Assembly: GCF_006345805.1 (NCBI RefSeq)
Contig: NC_043011.1
Span: forward strand, 19,790,464-19,854,463
Source of the DNA: Octopus sinensis
Lineage: Eukaryota
DNA length: 64,000 bases
Direction: 5' to 3'
Shown here: piece after piece, positions 24,061 to 37,478 of the stretch
How positions within the stretch are numbered: position 1 is the first letter of the stretch
Layout of the letters: each line of letters begins with the position of its first letter
The notes under the pieces: model-generated
Told to the model about the DNA's origin: nothing
Databases searched by the model: none
What the model saw: the letters and a program-made list of their open reading frames with translations, nothing else
Program-made: the position numbers and the translations under genes

Positions 24061-24871
24061 AGCTTTCCTCAGGGTATGGGCACAGGTAACAATGACTTTT
24101 GTGAACCTCCTCATGCAGTCCATGTATGGACTTTTGAATATCTAGTGACATCATACACGGTATTGAACATGTCACGCCCTAAAATTTTGATGTGGCAGAT
24201 CTGCCCACTAGCAAAACATAGTTCACCGTTCCCTCTCTTTCTCTCAATCCTTCCGACTCTCTCGTCGCTGACACGTGACGAAAGATAATCCGTATTTCTA
24301 TCCACAAACTTCGAAAAGAAGAAAACATGCTTATACTGTCTCCTTCATAAGCTCGTCTTCCTCGCGTTCAGAATAATTTTTCTATAGTCTTGGCTTCACA
24401 GACCTCACTGTTTGTTTTTAATGTTTTGTTCTCACTGTCCTGCTCTTTTTACTATTTTGTTCTCACCGTCCTGTACGTCTTACCACTTTCACTTTCCGCG
24501 AAAAAAATTCCATATTTTATTTAAATTGCTTTGCAGGACGAACCGTTCCAATGAAGTCGTGTATTGTCCCTGCTTTCGACCCGTGGAGTAGATGAAACAG
24601 GGACAACTGGAGAAGGAGAATATTCTTTATGTTGTATGTCTCATTTCGCCTTTTATTTTTTTCGTTGTTCGAAAATGTTCGTTTCTATGTTTTTGTTTTT
24701 ATATTTTCGTTTCTCATTGTGTTCAAGGTTTTTGTTCTATGTTCTGTACCCATATAGGCATGTATATATAAATATTTGTGTAGTATGTACAATATGTATG
24801 TATATATGCATATATTTATATATTATTTATATTATTATAAGATCGAACGCCACGTAACCTTTTCCAAGTAA

Positions 24872-24917
<46 letters not shown>

Positions 24918-25599
24918 TATATATATGTAAGTACCATGCGCATTTGTATGGAATTGTTCACACATCCACATGTACGTATGTATATCAGCAAACATTTTCA
25001 TAAATTACTTATTCACTGAGTAAAATACAGTTGTAATATACTTTTTCTTATTTCTAAAATATTTTCTATTATGATCTCTAAAACGTTTTTGGTGCACACA
25101 CACAAACACACAAACACACACACACACACACATAGGTCTTTAAAATATATGCGTGTGGGTGTCTATGTATATGTGTGTCTACACGTATAAATGTATAAGT
25201 GCTAATTGGTATTTGCTTTGTGTTTAAATTGGATGTAAGAAGATACAAGTTTATATGCGTACATCCCCATCGACAAATAAAATTGTCTTAATTGTATTTT
25301 CTTGTCTATGTTTCCATTTCGGGTCTTTATAACGGTACATTTGCGATGTGAATTATCAGTATCGTTAATATCGCTTCTTAAATACTACTATTTTTGTCTA
25401 AGCATTCGATGCTGTATGTATGGAAATGTGTCTGTAATAAAAAAAACCTGTATATCTGTGTATATGTATATATTTATGTATCTGTTCCCCTGTGTGTGTG
25501 TGTTTGTGTGTTTGAGTGTATGTGTAAGTAGATATAAGAAGAAAAGAGAGATTTAAAAATCTGGGCAGATACTTTTCTATATATGCGTGTATACATGCG

Positions 25600-25706
25600 T
25601 GGATATATATATATATAACTTATATAAATCTTAGATAAAACTTAGATATGTTTCGACCAAAGATTGGTCCAGTATATATATATACATACTCAAATATATA
25701 AAATAA

Positions 25707-25763
<57 letters not shown>

Positions 25764-25852
25764 TACGTGTGTGTCTGTACGGATATTTATATACAAACCC
25801 AAACACGTAAACACATATATCTATATATATACATATATCTATATCTATTTAT

Positions 25853-25901
<49 letters not shown>

Positions 25902-26177
25902 ATGTGTGTAAGTTTTCCTTTTCTTTACTACTTAAATTGTTCTTTAATCCTTCACCGTACTATCTATAATTTTCCTGATTACTAACTGTATATACACGCT
26001 TCATCCAAATGTGAATTTTGTAGTATCGGATTCACTGTCTGAAGAATCTCTCACAGGAAATTTCTTACCTGTTTTTCCAACATTTACAAGTCTGCCATTC
26101 CTTTTAGCAAATAATACATCTAATGGAGAATAAATAATACGCAAAATTTTTCCAATTTCCTGTATTCTTATTTCTCA

Positions 26178-26228
<51 letters not shown>

Positions 26229-26268
26229 TATATATATATATATATATATGTATACATACAAATATATA

Positions 26269-26326
<58 letters not shown>

Positions 26327-26349
26327 GTGCGTGTATATATATATATACA

Positions 26350-26403
<54 letters not shown>

Positions 26404-26440
26404 CATATTCATATATATATAGGTACATATATATAATATA
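25600..26440. repeat. Cluster of (TA)n and (CT)n microsatellites with short unique inserts
   Basis: Directly visible. Confidence 0.9.
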
Positions 26441-27508
26441 TAAACTCATAACACGAATGTATACATGTGTGGGTGTGAGTTTGTGTATATCTACTTTTGC
26501 GACTTCATGTACATTTAGGTATTCTCTGTATGCAACTGATTTTCTATGTAGCAGGTATCTCAAGCCTAGTTGGTAGTCGAGGAGAGGAGCCATTCCAGAA
26601 TGCATCTAATTAAACAAGAATGCATTACCAGTTAGTAAATAGCTTAACAACGAATTCCTCATGTGCAGAAGTATATTTCCCAATTGCCTAGAATGCTTTT
26701 AATTTGCCACTGCAATTTATTGTATATTTACTAAAAGGAAACTAAAATTATATGAATCGGATCCAAACTAATCGTTGTAATACATACAGGCTAATGGACA
26801 GATCGATATTATGTAAGAGATATGTGACGATATTCAGGATGAGACAGTGAAAGTTATAAATTGATATTACTGATTTAACATATTCTTGGATATAATATAT
26901 ATCTTTCGGTATCTTTTATTTCACCTGGTGAATGTGATACTAATACGACAATGCGCTAGTGCTTCATGTTTATATAAGTGAGACGTTGTAAAGATGATGC
27001 GTTTTCGCACCGTAAGAGAGCATCTGATTCTGTGATATCGATTTCTTCAGAAATTCTTTTTTTTTCCGTTGCGAATCCATGTGAAGTTACACTGCGTTTA
27101 TATTTCGTAGACTAATTTTTTAAGATAGACGGCATATCACATGTTGTGATGCTCATGTCTTCCCTAATATCATAAGTTATATAAGTGTATCGTAGGTAAT
27201 TTCTATGTCTCTATTTACCATGAATCTTTTTGTATTATAGCTCAGTGTCCAACATATGTATGTGTTTCGCTGAAGCATTTGCTGCGATATGGCAGGGGAT
27301 AATATACGGCTCTGGTTGAAGATATCCTAAATTTGTTATCCAGCATGTACAGTTTTTAATTCCCATTAGCAAATGAAACATATGTAATGGTCAATAGATA
27401 ATAACAAAAACATTCCACTGTCTTGTTTTCATATGTGTGGGTTGTATATACACACAGAGGTATATAAGCGTGTGTGTATTATGTTTCTATTAAATATATG
27501 TATATATG

Positions 27509-27610
<102 letters not shown>

Positions 27611-27676
27611 TCTACTTAACGGATTCGACGTCAACATTTTGACTTGAAGCTGGTGAATCTCTAATTTTTTTTTTTA

Positions 27677-28105
27677 GGCGTAGGAGTGACTGTGCGTTAA
27701 GTAGCTTGCTAACAAACCACATGGTTCCGGGTTCAGTCCCACTGCGTGGCATCTTGGGCAAGTGTCTTCTGCTATAGCCCCGGGCCGACCAATGCCTTGT
27801 GAGTGGATTTGGTAGACGGAGTCTGAAAGAAGCCTGTCGTATATATGTATAAATATATATATATATGTATGTGTGTGTGTGTTTGTGTGTCTGTGTTTGT
27901 CGCCCCCCCCCCCCAACATCGCTTGACAACCGATGCTGGTGTGTTTACGTCCACGTCACTTAGCGGTTCGGCAAAAGAGACCGATAGAATAAGTACTGGG
28001 CTTACAAAGAATAAGTCCCGGGGTCGATTTGCTCGACTAAAAGCGGTGCTCCAGCATGGCCGCAAGCAAATGACTGAAACAAGTAAAAGAGTAAAAAGAG
28101 TAAAG
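27677..28105 (+). mobile_element. tRNA-derived SINE family A, full length
   Basis: Head with B box gggttcagtccc, cttgggcaagtgtc block, central (TA)/(TG) tract, 3' end gactgaaacaagtaaaagagtaaaaagagtaaa. Confidence 0.92.
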
Positions 28106-28461
28106 AGAGAGTCTCTCTTCTCTTTCCTCTTTTCTGTATGTCTATATACCAAGTGTGGTGTGTCCGTGCACGGGTTCCTATTTCAACATCACTATCTACA
28201 TAGTGGATAACAAACTCTAAGGTGTCAGGTTCGAACCCTGCTTTTAAGCGCGACAAACTCACAACAGAGTTTCGACTTGTAAACACTTAATAATTTACAA
28301 ACATCTAATTATTGGTTTCAAATGTTAGCACGAATCGAGCAAGTCCGGAGCAGGTGTCGATTATATATAATGTATCAATAATCATATTTGGGAAATCTAC
28401 CATCAGCCATCGTAAAAAGGGTAAGTGGAATACGTAAGCAAATAAGTTGGGGTTAGATTTT

Positions 28462-28894
28462 ACGGATCGTTTCGGTTTGAACGGAAGTTTTTAACATAAT
28501 TTCTAGGTAACTAAAAAATTTTAAACTTCGAATACTGGTAGAATGTGTTTATAAAACATCTTTTTCTCGTGGCTTTATTGAGAAAATTCTATAGTTTGTA
28601 AGATATTTGTTGTTTTTTTCTTCAATTTCTGCAATTTCATCTAATCACTGACATCTATTGAGGTAAAAAAAAACATTCTGTACCGTATGAATATGTCCCT
28701 CGTTTAAGAAACAGATTGAGTTTATTTACATTTGTGAAGAAAAAAAGATACCCTTCCCCCTAACACTAACCCTAACTAACCCTAAACTTAAAATAGATTG
28801 AAATGCAATAGATCGATACTAGGGTCATAATTATGGGTGACAATTTCATATGAGACCGCTAGAAAAAACTGCCGTTCAAGCCGAAAAGATCCGT
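28462..28894. mobile_element. MITE with ~30-bp TIRs and internal CCCTAA-like repeats
   Basis: Left end acggatcgtttcggtttgaacggaagttttt; right end aaaaaactgccgttcaagccgaaaagatccgt (reverse complement, 3 mismatches). ccctaacactaaccctaactaaccctaa lies at ~28758-28786. Confidence 0.85.
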
Positions 28895-29572
28895 GTTGCT
28901 TTTGTTTGTGAGGCCTAAAGTCTACTAAAAAATGTTATATTTCCCCATGTGTGAGGAAATTCAATTGTAGCAATGCCTATTTATGTTTATAATGAATACT
29001 TTTGCCAACGACAGATTTGTAGAAAAGAAGAAAATAAAAAAAGTCTTGTTTCTATGCTTTGGTAAGGTAAAAGAGTATATGTAGAGCTAATTCAGTTCGA
29101 TCTAAAGATGAATAAGACATAAACTCCTCCAAATAGATTTCAATGAAGACTATATCATTATAGACAGTACACTTTATACACTGAAACATGTATTCATAGT
29201 TTCCTTAAACACAGCAATATTTATAAGGTATTTATTATAGTTGTTTGTCCCAGAACGGTCTTAAAGGAACAACAGAATAAGCGACTGATTTTATCCTGGA
29301 GTTATATATTTTGCTACTGTTGCCATCACTTCTACTAAACTGTATTAATAGCGTATTTGTTTTGACCACATACGAAAATAATGCGTAGTACTAGAATCTA
29401 TTAATGTTCCCTAATCGATGAAAATATAGCTGAAATTTGATGTAATTTGAACATGCGAATCTAGGCGCACAAATTTTAGTTAACTCAGACGGATAATCTA
29501 CTGTTTGTCTTAGTTAACTGTTCCCGTATTTTTTTTAAAGTATTCTATCATTTTTGATGAATAAGATTTCGT

Positions 29573-29856
29573 TTGTTCCTTCTCGAGCCACGCCTGGCTC
29601 AGGGGCCGGTTTCCCGGTTTCCTTGGCGTTTAGGTTCCCCACCTCGACGGGACGCCGGTCGGTCGCAGGTGAGCTGCAAGATGCAGGAGTGAAAGAAAGA
29701 TGTGGCGAAAGAGTCAGCAGAAGTTCGCCATTACCTTCTGCCGGAGTCGCGTGGAGCTTAGGTGTTTCGCTCATAAACAAAGACATTGCCCGCTCTGAAA
29801 TTCGAAATCCGAGATCCCTCGACCGCTGCTCTAACCACTATGCCATGTGCCTCCAC
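29573..29856 (-). mobile_element. tRNA-derived SINE family C (GC-rich, V-domain-like)
   Basis: Minus strand: gtggaggcacatggcatagtggttagagc (A box), ggatttcgaatttc (B-box-like), then ctgcgaccgaccggcgtcccgtcgagg...gaaaccgggaaaccggccc, which resembles the V-SINE central domain (from recall). Confidence 0.75.
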
Positions 29857-30344
29857 GGTGAATAAGGTAGGCTACTGAATAGCTCCAGTAGATATCTGAT
29901 GTTATTTCACTGACATCACTTCCCAATGAATTATGTGCAAAGCCAAATTTGTGTGCGTTTGAACCTGCAACGGAGTGAATGGAAACAAAATACCGTAAAT
30001 TCTTTTTTCTCCTCTAGTCTCCGATTTCTACCAATTATCACGCGTTAATGTTCATAAATCTAAATGTCTGATTTTTGTTTTAGTTTTATATTTTGATTAA
30101 ATCTTCCGTGATGTCAGCTTTATCGAGATGCTTAAAATGAATGGTTGAGATAATAGATAAAAATTTCAGATACATATTATTTTAAATTATAATCACTTTT
30201 CAGAGGAAATGAATTGATGAGAATTGTTCTATTCCAGCACTTTAATCAGTCATTCAAGAACTAAATTCACACTTTACTAAATTAATACACTTAGTGTTTT
30301 AGAGTTTTTTCTTTTCTTTTATACATCTATTTACTATGAGTACT

Positions 30345-30385
<41 letters not shown>

Positions 30386-30396
30386 TTGGATATGTG

Positions 30397-30441
<45 letters not shown>

Positions 30442-30452
30442 TTGGATATGTG

Positions 30453-30493
<41 letters not shown>

Positions 30494-30516
30494 ATATGGA
30501 TATGTGTATGTATGTA

Positions 30517-30552
<36 letters not shown>

Positions 30553-30580
30553 TGTGCGTGCGTGTGTATGTATGCATGTA
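30345..30580. repeat. Higher-order (TA)n array with thrice-repeated ggatatgtgtatgta unit
   Basis: tttggatatgtgtatgta recurs at ~30385 and ~30441, with a variant at ~30497; spacing is ~56 bp. Confidence 0.85.
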
Positions 30581-32400
30581 CGATAGTTAGCATCGACACC
30601 AATATATATTTATCTTGCATTCATCAATTTTCTTCCTGGAAATTCCTCGACTGCGTTTTACTTTCGTGATTAAGATTCAATAATCTTAAAAGCTTACACT
30701 TATTTTTCAACATTTGATTGATGGTTTATTCCCCATCATTTTCTAAATTGATTTCCATTGAAATATAATATATTTAACAACCTATAAATGTATACTCTAA
30801 ATACGTTTTGTTATATTCTAGGTGAAATCATTTTATATACCAAGGTTCTCTCTAAAATACTGTTATTATGTTATTAGTACATCATTATGTTATTAGAAAT
30901 TTAGTTATTTAGTTATGAAAAATCTTTTAGTGCATACTCATCTTCTAATATCCTAATTTATTTACATATAGTGAATATACTGGATGCACATGTATAAATA
31001 TAGATTTTGGTGGACTGTAAAAAGGTATAATGAATCGCCTCTTAACTGACTACAATACCTCTGAGAGTGGAAGCACCAGGTTGGAAATCTGTTCAGAATA
31101 CCTGCAACAAAGTCCAATTCAATAAAAACAAAATCCAGAGATAGTTAGTAGTATTAAACAGACAGGATGACTAACTCTTCCATCGAAGTTTTCTGAAACT
31201 TAATTAATATGATCATTCTATTTCGTGTCTATATGTAATCTATATTTGTCTTCAAAAGTAGGCAAATATGAGGGGAATTGGAAGTAGTGTTAGTATAACC
31301 CAAGTGAATGTTAGTAATACGGGAGAATCTAATGAAGTTGTTATCGTTGTCATAGAAACAATTATCAATATCTGGCATTTATCACATGGTCGTATGTTAC
31401 TTTTAAGCAGACACGGCTGATCAACTACTGGAACCAATGTAATTGATCAAATTTACATTTGTTGAAGCTAGAGATTTTCTCGACACTGATCAAAGAAATC
31501 CACAGTCATAGACATTCCATTCGCAATGTTGTGGAAGCAGAAAGACATCAGTTAATCTGTTATTTCTTTCTTAAAACTGTTTCTGCTCTAATAAAGAATG
31601 GTTTGCTTTCGTGAGCCACGGTGTAGTCACTCGACGTACTAATATACTGCACAAAGTCTTTTCTGATACTTCCATTCATATCTAATGTGCTTCACTTGAT
31701 TATTAAATATAACAGAGTTTGTGGGAGCGTAGAGTGTTCATCTTAAGGATATAAGCGATGATCGCTCAGTACGATAAGAAGTGCTGACAGCTTATCGATT
31801 AAGACAACTGAAACTCCATCTAGACGAAACCATAAATCCAAACAGTCATACTCAATCAAAGCTAATCAGATTTGGGATGCAGTGGTACATGATTTTGTGA
31901 AATTGCCGGAGGAATTGTGCTGTAAAACTACGATGATTTAATGATGATGGACTGAGTAAGTAACATTTCATATCCACTGAATTCATATTCCATGCGTAGT
32001 AGTTTCTTAGATGATATACAATCTCGCTTTCTCTGGAGTTCAACATTTTTTCTGATAATATAAATGAACTATTGATAAAGAGGGGCACTAAGTTTGACAA
32101 TAAAAAAATAGTTTATTTGGAATCCACGAGACGATATGTAGTTTATCAATTAGCTGAAAGTAAAAGAGTAGCCAAATCTTCCTCAAACTAAAGTTTAATA
32201 TACTGATAATACAGTCATCAGATAATGTAGTCTTAGTTCCACGACGTTCAAAATAGTAACGAGAAACCTTTTAAGTAGAAAAGGCTGCACATATGTTTGT
32301 GATGCATGTGCCTGGTGTTCCCGTATCAGGCAGGTAGTCAAGATGGGCTTCATATATTTTTCCCAGTGTTACTCTGATGGTATCCACTGCTCTCCCACTC

Positions 32401-32438
<38 letters not shown>

Positions 32439-32440
<2 letters not shown>

Positions 32441-32700
32441 CCGGAGTCTTTAGTCATCTGTCAAGTCAGAAAATACTTTCCTTAAGATGTGCGCTCTGCT
32501 CAATAAGGCTGCTTTTTGCAAGACGTCAATCTAGCATGGGATTTCCACTTGCCTAAAGAAGTGATGAAGTTTCAATGTGGTTGACCCCAACGCTCCGATT
32601 ACTGGTATCACTTTTCCATTACTCTCTTGCATTTCGTTCAGTCTTGCCATTTCCACTTTCAATTTGGTGTACCTAGTGATTTTTTGAACCTCTTTACTCG
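32439..32700 (-). mobile_element. 3' end of an R4/Dong-type (restriction-like endonuclease) LINE abutting (TAA)n
   Basis: Minus translation SKEVQKITRYTKLKVEMARL...KVIPVIGALGS...DVLQKAALLSRAHILRKVF matches the RLE C-terminus pattern K..KY..L...VIPVVIGALG...LQKA.LLG.A.ILRKVL. It is followed directly by (TTA)n at 32401-32438. Confidence 0.85.
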
Positions 32701-32969
32701 CAAGAAGAAGAAGAAGACCTAACGCTTACCTGTCAGTGGCTGACATACTCTGCTCTCAAACCTAGAAAGTAAAAATGTATGTCATTTTTGCTCAGGATCC
32801 TTGCATTACAGCTGGGAAATACCCGAGTAATGTTTTGAAACTTCAGAGTTGCACATCATGCTGCACATGCAGAGAACATTCAGTGAATATCGACCGCATA
32901 ATCTCTGTCACCAACACAGGTCTCGCAAACACAGGACTGTGTAAATCATGAAATACAATTGTCAGTATG

Positions 32970-33090
32970 CTACACATATCCGTCAGGATAAAAGGCAAAG
33001 TCGATTGCAGAGGAACTTGAACTCCGAATGTAAAGACTGAGGAAATGCAGTTAAGCATTTTGTCTGGCGTGTTAAAGGTTCTGCCAGTTC
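32970..33090 (-). mobile_element. SINE family B head fragment
   Basis: aggataaaaggcaaagtcga...ttgaactccgaatgtaaagac...ttaagcattttgtctggcgtgttaaaggttctgccagttcg. Confidence 0.7.
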
Positions 33091-33094
33091 GATA

Positions 33095-33103
33095 TAGTAG
33101 TAA

Positions 33104-33152
<49 letters not shown>

Positions 33153-33156
33153 TGTT

Positions 33157-33190
<34 letters not shown>

Positions 33191-33211
33191 AGTAGTAGTA
33201 GTAGTAGTAGT
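33095..33211. repeat. (AGT)n trinucleotide microsatellite
   Basis: Directly visible. Confidence 0.95.
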
Positions 33212-34838
33212 ATAACATATGAAAACTTTATATTTGATGACCGTGTGAGAGGTTTGTCGATTATAATTACTCCGATGTCTGATTTCGCTCATTCTTTCCA
33301 TAAAGTAAGAATGAAAGAAATATTTAATCTCGGCTGGATTTGAATTCAAAACGCAAAAACCAAGGACAAATAACATATGACATCTTATTCAGCATTGTAA
33401 CGAGTCTACATTCTTATCATTGCAACCAAAGTCTTATCGTCAATTTCATAGACTTCATAACACTCTGATTATTAACTCAATATGAAGAAGTCAGAACGGA
33501 AAGCAAATTTAATATTAAACCTTGATATAAGTCATGAAATATGTTCTCTGATTTTAACGTCAATAACTTCCTCGTCTCTTGGCCTAATTTCAGGAATTTT
33601 ATTAACTGGTATTGTTGGCGACTGCGAAATTGCTCCCTTTTTCGGAAAATTAATATCTGGTGTTATATTCAATTTTAGTAACGGATAAGCTTATTTATAT
33701 CGCAAAGTCTTGAGTTATTATATTTCACACTATATAGTGATTTTCTCTTCACAATGTCCACAAGTAGAGTGGAATCTATACTTTGCTAACGATGGTTAAT
33801 AATACTGAAATATATATGGAGTCGTTTCACTTACTTGCTGAAATAATTAATATATTTCTAGTCATTGATAATTTCTATTTTCGTGGTTCATGTCTACCGT
33901 ACTCGACAAGTAAACCAAAATTAATTCATCAAGGACTATAATATTCAATATGTCAGTGCTACATTTCCAAATTTTAGCAAGTTAGTTAACAGTCATTTTG
34001 CTGCTATGTTGCGCAGATCAACTGTTCGCTTAGATGCGCCCATGTGCTTTTCTATAAACGAAGTTTTATCGGTGAAATCCATTGCATGCTTCCTTGAAAT
34101 CTAGTTCTTTACTCTTATATATAATACTACAATAGCGAATAAACTTGCTAAATTATCTATTTGTGTATTATCCCTTGCGAAATTCATAAATCATTTGGGA
34201 AAAGTTTACGAAATGTGTGTCATATACTGAAGAAAGTATTAAGTATTTATGGCAACGATGCAGCCTCAATGTATATTCCGTGGAAGCTTGCAAATAAAAC
34301 ACGAAAGTATGGGATATCAAATATCTAACAAATACCAATGAAATATATTTCTCATTTACATGAAGGCAATAACTATGAAGAAACAAGATTACTGTTCTAA
34401 AATTATGCTTTTTAGGAGTTATTCTGGTCTAATTTATGTGCTGGTAGCCACACTAAGGGAACGAGCGATACATATTCACAATCACGAATGGATATACGTA
34501 GAAGCATACACAACTGATGAAAGATGCGCACAAGGAAGAGAATACTAGATAGTAATACACAAGTGCAGTCCATTTCACCTAGACTAAAAAGAGAATTATA
34601 GAGCAGTAAGCATTAAAGAACCTTAGAAAATGCCACCTACTCTAGCGTTTGCAGCAAATGGAAACAAGTGAAAAGAGATGCACGAACATAACTGCGATAA
34701 AACGATTGCCATTCCCAGATTTTGTAAGCACGTGAATAATCTTTTTATACCAATATATGTAAATTAATATATGGCAATATTTATGCGCACACTCTAACCA
34801 ACGACATGAACAAGCTGAAAACTTTGGCATATGTATAT

Positions 34839-34914
<76 letters not shown>

Positions 34915-35204
34915 GTACCTTACAATTTATATATATATATATGTGTATGTATGTATATGATATGTATATGTACCTTACATTTTATATATATATACCTACC
35001 TACATAGTAAATGTATGCATTTGTATATATATATATATATATATACACATACATACATACATACATACACACACACACGCACACATATATGTATATGCAT
35101 ATATATATATACAGTTATATGTAAACATGCCTTTATGTATGCATGTACATCTCTCTCTTTCTCTGTGTCACTCTTTCTGCATGAATATATTGTAAGTAGC
35201 CAAT

Positions 35205-35586
35205 GCGCAGGAGTGGCGATGTGGTAAGTAGCTTGCGGGTTGTCCAGCTGCGTGGCACATTCGGTAGGTGTCTTGTACTATAGCTTCGGGCCAACGAAAG
35301 CCTTGTGAGTAGATTTGGTAAACGGAAACTGAAAGAAGCCCATCGTAAATATATGTGTGTGTGTGTGTGTATGTATGTACGTTTATGTTTGTGTGTCTGT
35401 GTTTTCATCCCACTATCGCTTGGCAACCGATGTTGGTGTGTTTACTTCCCCATAACAATAGCGGTTCGGCAAAAGATTTCGATAGACCAATTACTAGGCT
35501 TACAAGTCCTGGGTTGATTTGTTCCACTAAAGGCGGTGCTCCAGTACGGCCGCAGTCAATTGAGTGAAACAAATAAAACAATAAAA

Positions 35587-35588
<2 letters not shown>
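35205..35588 (+). mobile_element. SINE family A, near full length, diverged
   Basis: gcgcaggagtggcgatgtggtaagtagcttgc...ccttgtgagtagatttggtaaacggaaactgaaagaagcc...gcggttcggcaaaaga...aaggcggtgctccagtacggccgcagtcaa. Confidence 0.88.
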
Positions 35589-35631
<43 letters not shown>

Positions 35632-35661
35632 CGTGTGTGTGTGTGTATGTATGTATGTATG

Positions 35662-35706
<45 letters not shown>

Positions 35707-35837
35707 ATGTATATATATATATGTATATGTATATATATATATATGCTATATATATATAATATATATATATATGTATATATACATGTATATATATATATAT
35801 ATGTATATATATATGCATATATATATGTATATATATG

Positions 35838-35876
<39 letters not shown>

Positions 35877-35910
35877 TACATATATATATATATATGTATG
35901 TATATGAGCA
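35589..35910. repeat. Long compound (TA)n/(TG)n/(TATG)n microsatellite
   Basis: Directly visible. Confidence 0.95.
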
Positions 35911-36866
35911 CACATACAAACACACATGGCATGAGAAAAATGCGCAAAAGCTGCCTCTTCTACAGAATATGCATGTAATCATAGCTACTCTCGCAAGAAC
36001 TGCATCGCAATTTCATACGCATTCCTACACGAATCTTAATGGCTGTATGCATATACTTAGCAACGTAGCAATGTTTTTAAGAAACAAATCTTCTTAGTCT
36101 TTCTCGTATACACACATAATAAATAGACAAATACACAGAAATAATAAAACGTATCTCACACACATACCCACTACTGCAAACTATTCAAGATAAATAAGCA
36201 GTAAAAACATAAATAACAATGATAAAACCCAAACACAATACCTGTTATGGTATTAGCGATATATCTATAAAATACCTCGGTGCTGCTGTTTCAAGATATA
36301 AAACTATTCAAAGATAAAATGTTATTGAACAGTAAAAATGTGTTCTGATCCTTCTATACTTTAATATCCCAGCAGATATTGGAAATTTTGCATGGTTCAG
36401 AAATATTAACGAAATACTAATACTGCGCCAAACATTCTCCCTTATAGAATAACACGGAAAATAAATTGCACAAGAGCGGAAACAAAGAGAAAACAGAATA
36501 CAATGGAACTTGAAAGAAAGCAAGAAACTTCCTCATCAAACGGTATCATTGTAGTTGAGGTAATGCTATTTGATGTAAAATGTACAGTTCTTACAATCAT
36601 TTAATCATAGCAAAAGCTGTACATTTAATGCAATGGACTGAGTAAATTATATTTAATATCCGAAGAATACATATTCCATGAGTTTTAGTTTCCTGACAGA
36701 TATGTAGCCTCTCTTTATCTTCAGGTTAAAGTTTCTGCTTGTTATAGAGACGCATTACTGACATACGCAAGCAATGCATTCGATAACAAGACATGTTCGT
36801 TTGCATTCCTGATATAACTATACTTATACACACATACATAAATACATATGGATATATCTATATAAG

Positions 36867-36926
<60 letters not shown>

Positions 36927-37010
36927 GTATGTATATGTATATATGAATATACAGATGGTTATAGATCTATTCCTCTAAATATACATATATATGCTTGTTT
37001 GTGTATATGA

Positions 37011-37044
<34 letters not shown>

Positions 37045-37050
37045 AGAGAG

Positions 37051-37103
<53 letters not shown>

Positions 37104-37159
37104 TTTTATATTATTTAGATTATATGTGACGGATATTTGTCCTCGTCTTTTTTGTTGTT

Positions 37160-37207
37160 AAGACAACGTTTCGACTCATATACCCTCCAGCATTCATCAG
37201 GTGTCTT
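37160..37207 (-). ncRNA. Hammerhead ribozyme motif (stem II degenerate)
   Basis: Minus strand: aagacac-CTGATGA-atgctggagggtatatgagtc-GAAA-cgTT-gtctt. Confidence 0.55.
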
Positions 37208-37260
37208 GGGGAAATATTGAACCTGGGTTCTCATTCCTAATGTACTTTTTGATGTTGTTG

Positions 37261-37341
<81 letters not shown>

Positions 37342-37432
37342 TCACTGCCTGGAATCGAACTCGGAATGTTGGGGTTAGTCACACGCGTTCTTAACCATTA
37401 CACCATATACCCACGGTTCAATATTTCCCTAA

Positions 37433-37478
37433 GACACCTGATGAAGGCTGGAGGGTATATTAGCCGAAACTCTGTGTT
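37433..37478 (+). ncRNA. Hammerhead ribozyme motif (stem III degenerate)
   Basis: gacac-CTGATGA-a-ggctg/gagggtatat/tagcc-GAAA-ctct-gtgtt. Confidence 0.6.

Noticed and set aside
25625-25675. Minus-strand gacc-aatcttt-ggtc-gaaa-catat hammerhead-like half
   Set aside because: The CUGANGA core is absent and the remnant is too short to support a call.
26031-26851. ttcactgtct-gaaga and a complementary agacagtgaa ~800 bp downstream as a split hammerhead
   Set aside because: Only a 10-bp complement, with no GAAA/stem III next to the 3' partner; chance is plausible.
28755-28790. Telomere or telomere-fusion site
   Set aside because: Only a few degenerate units, and they lie within a TIR-bounded element.
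33534-33693. Protein-like minus-strand frame YPLLKLNITPDINFPKKGAISQSPTIPVNKIPEIRPRDEEVIDVKIREHIS*
   Set aside because: No start codon, a poor splice acceptor and no recognisable domain.
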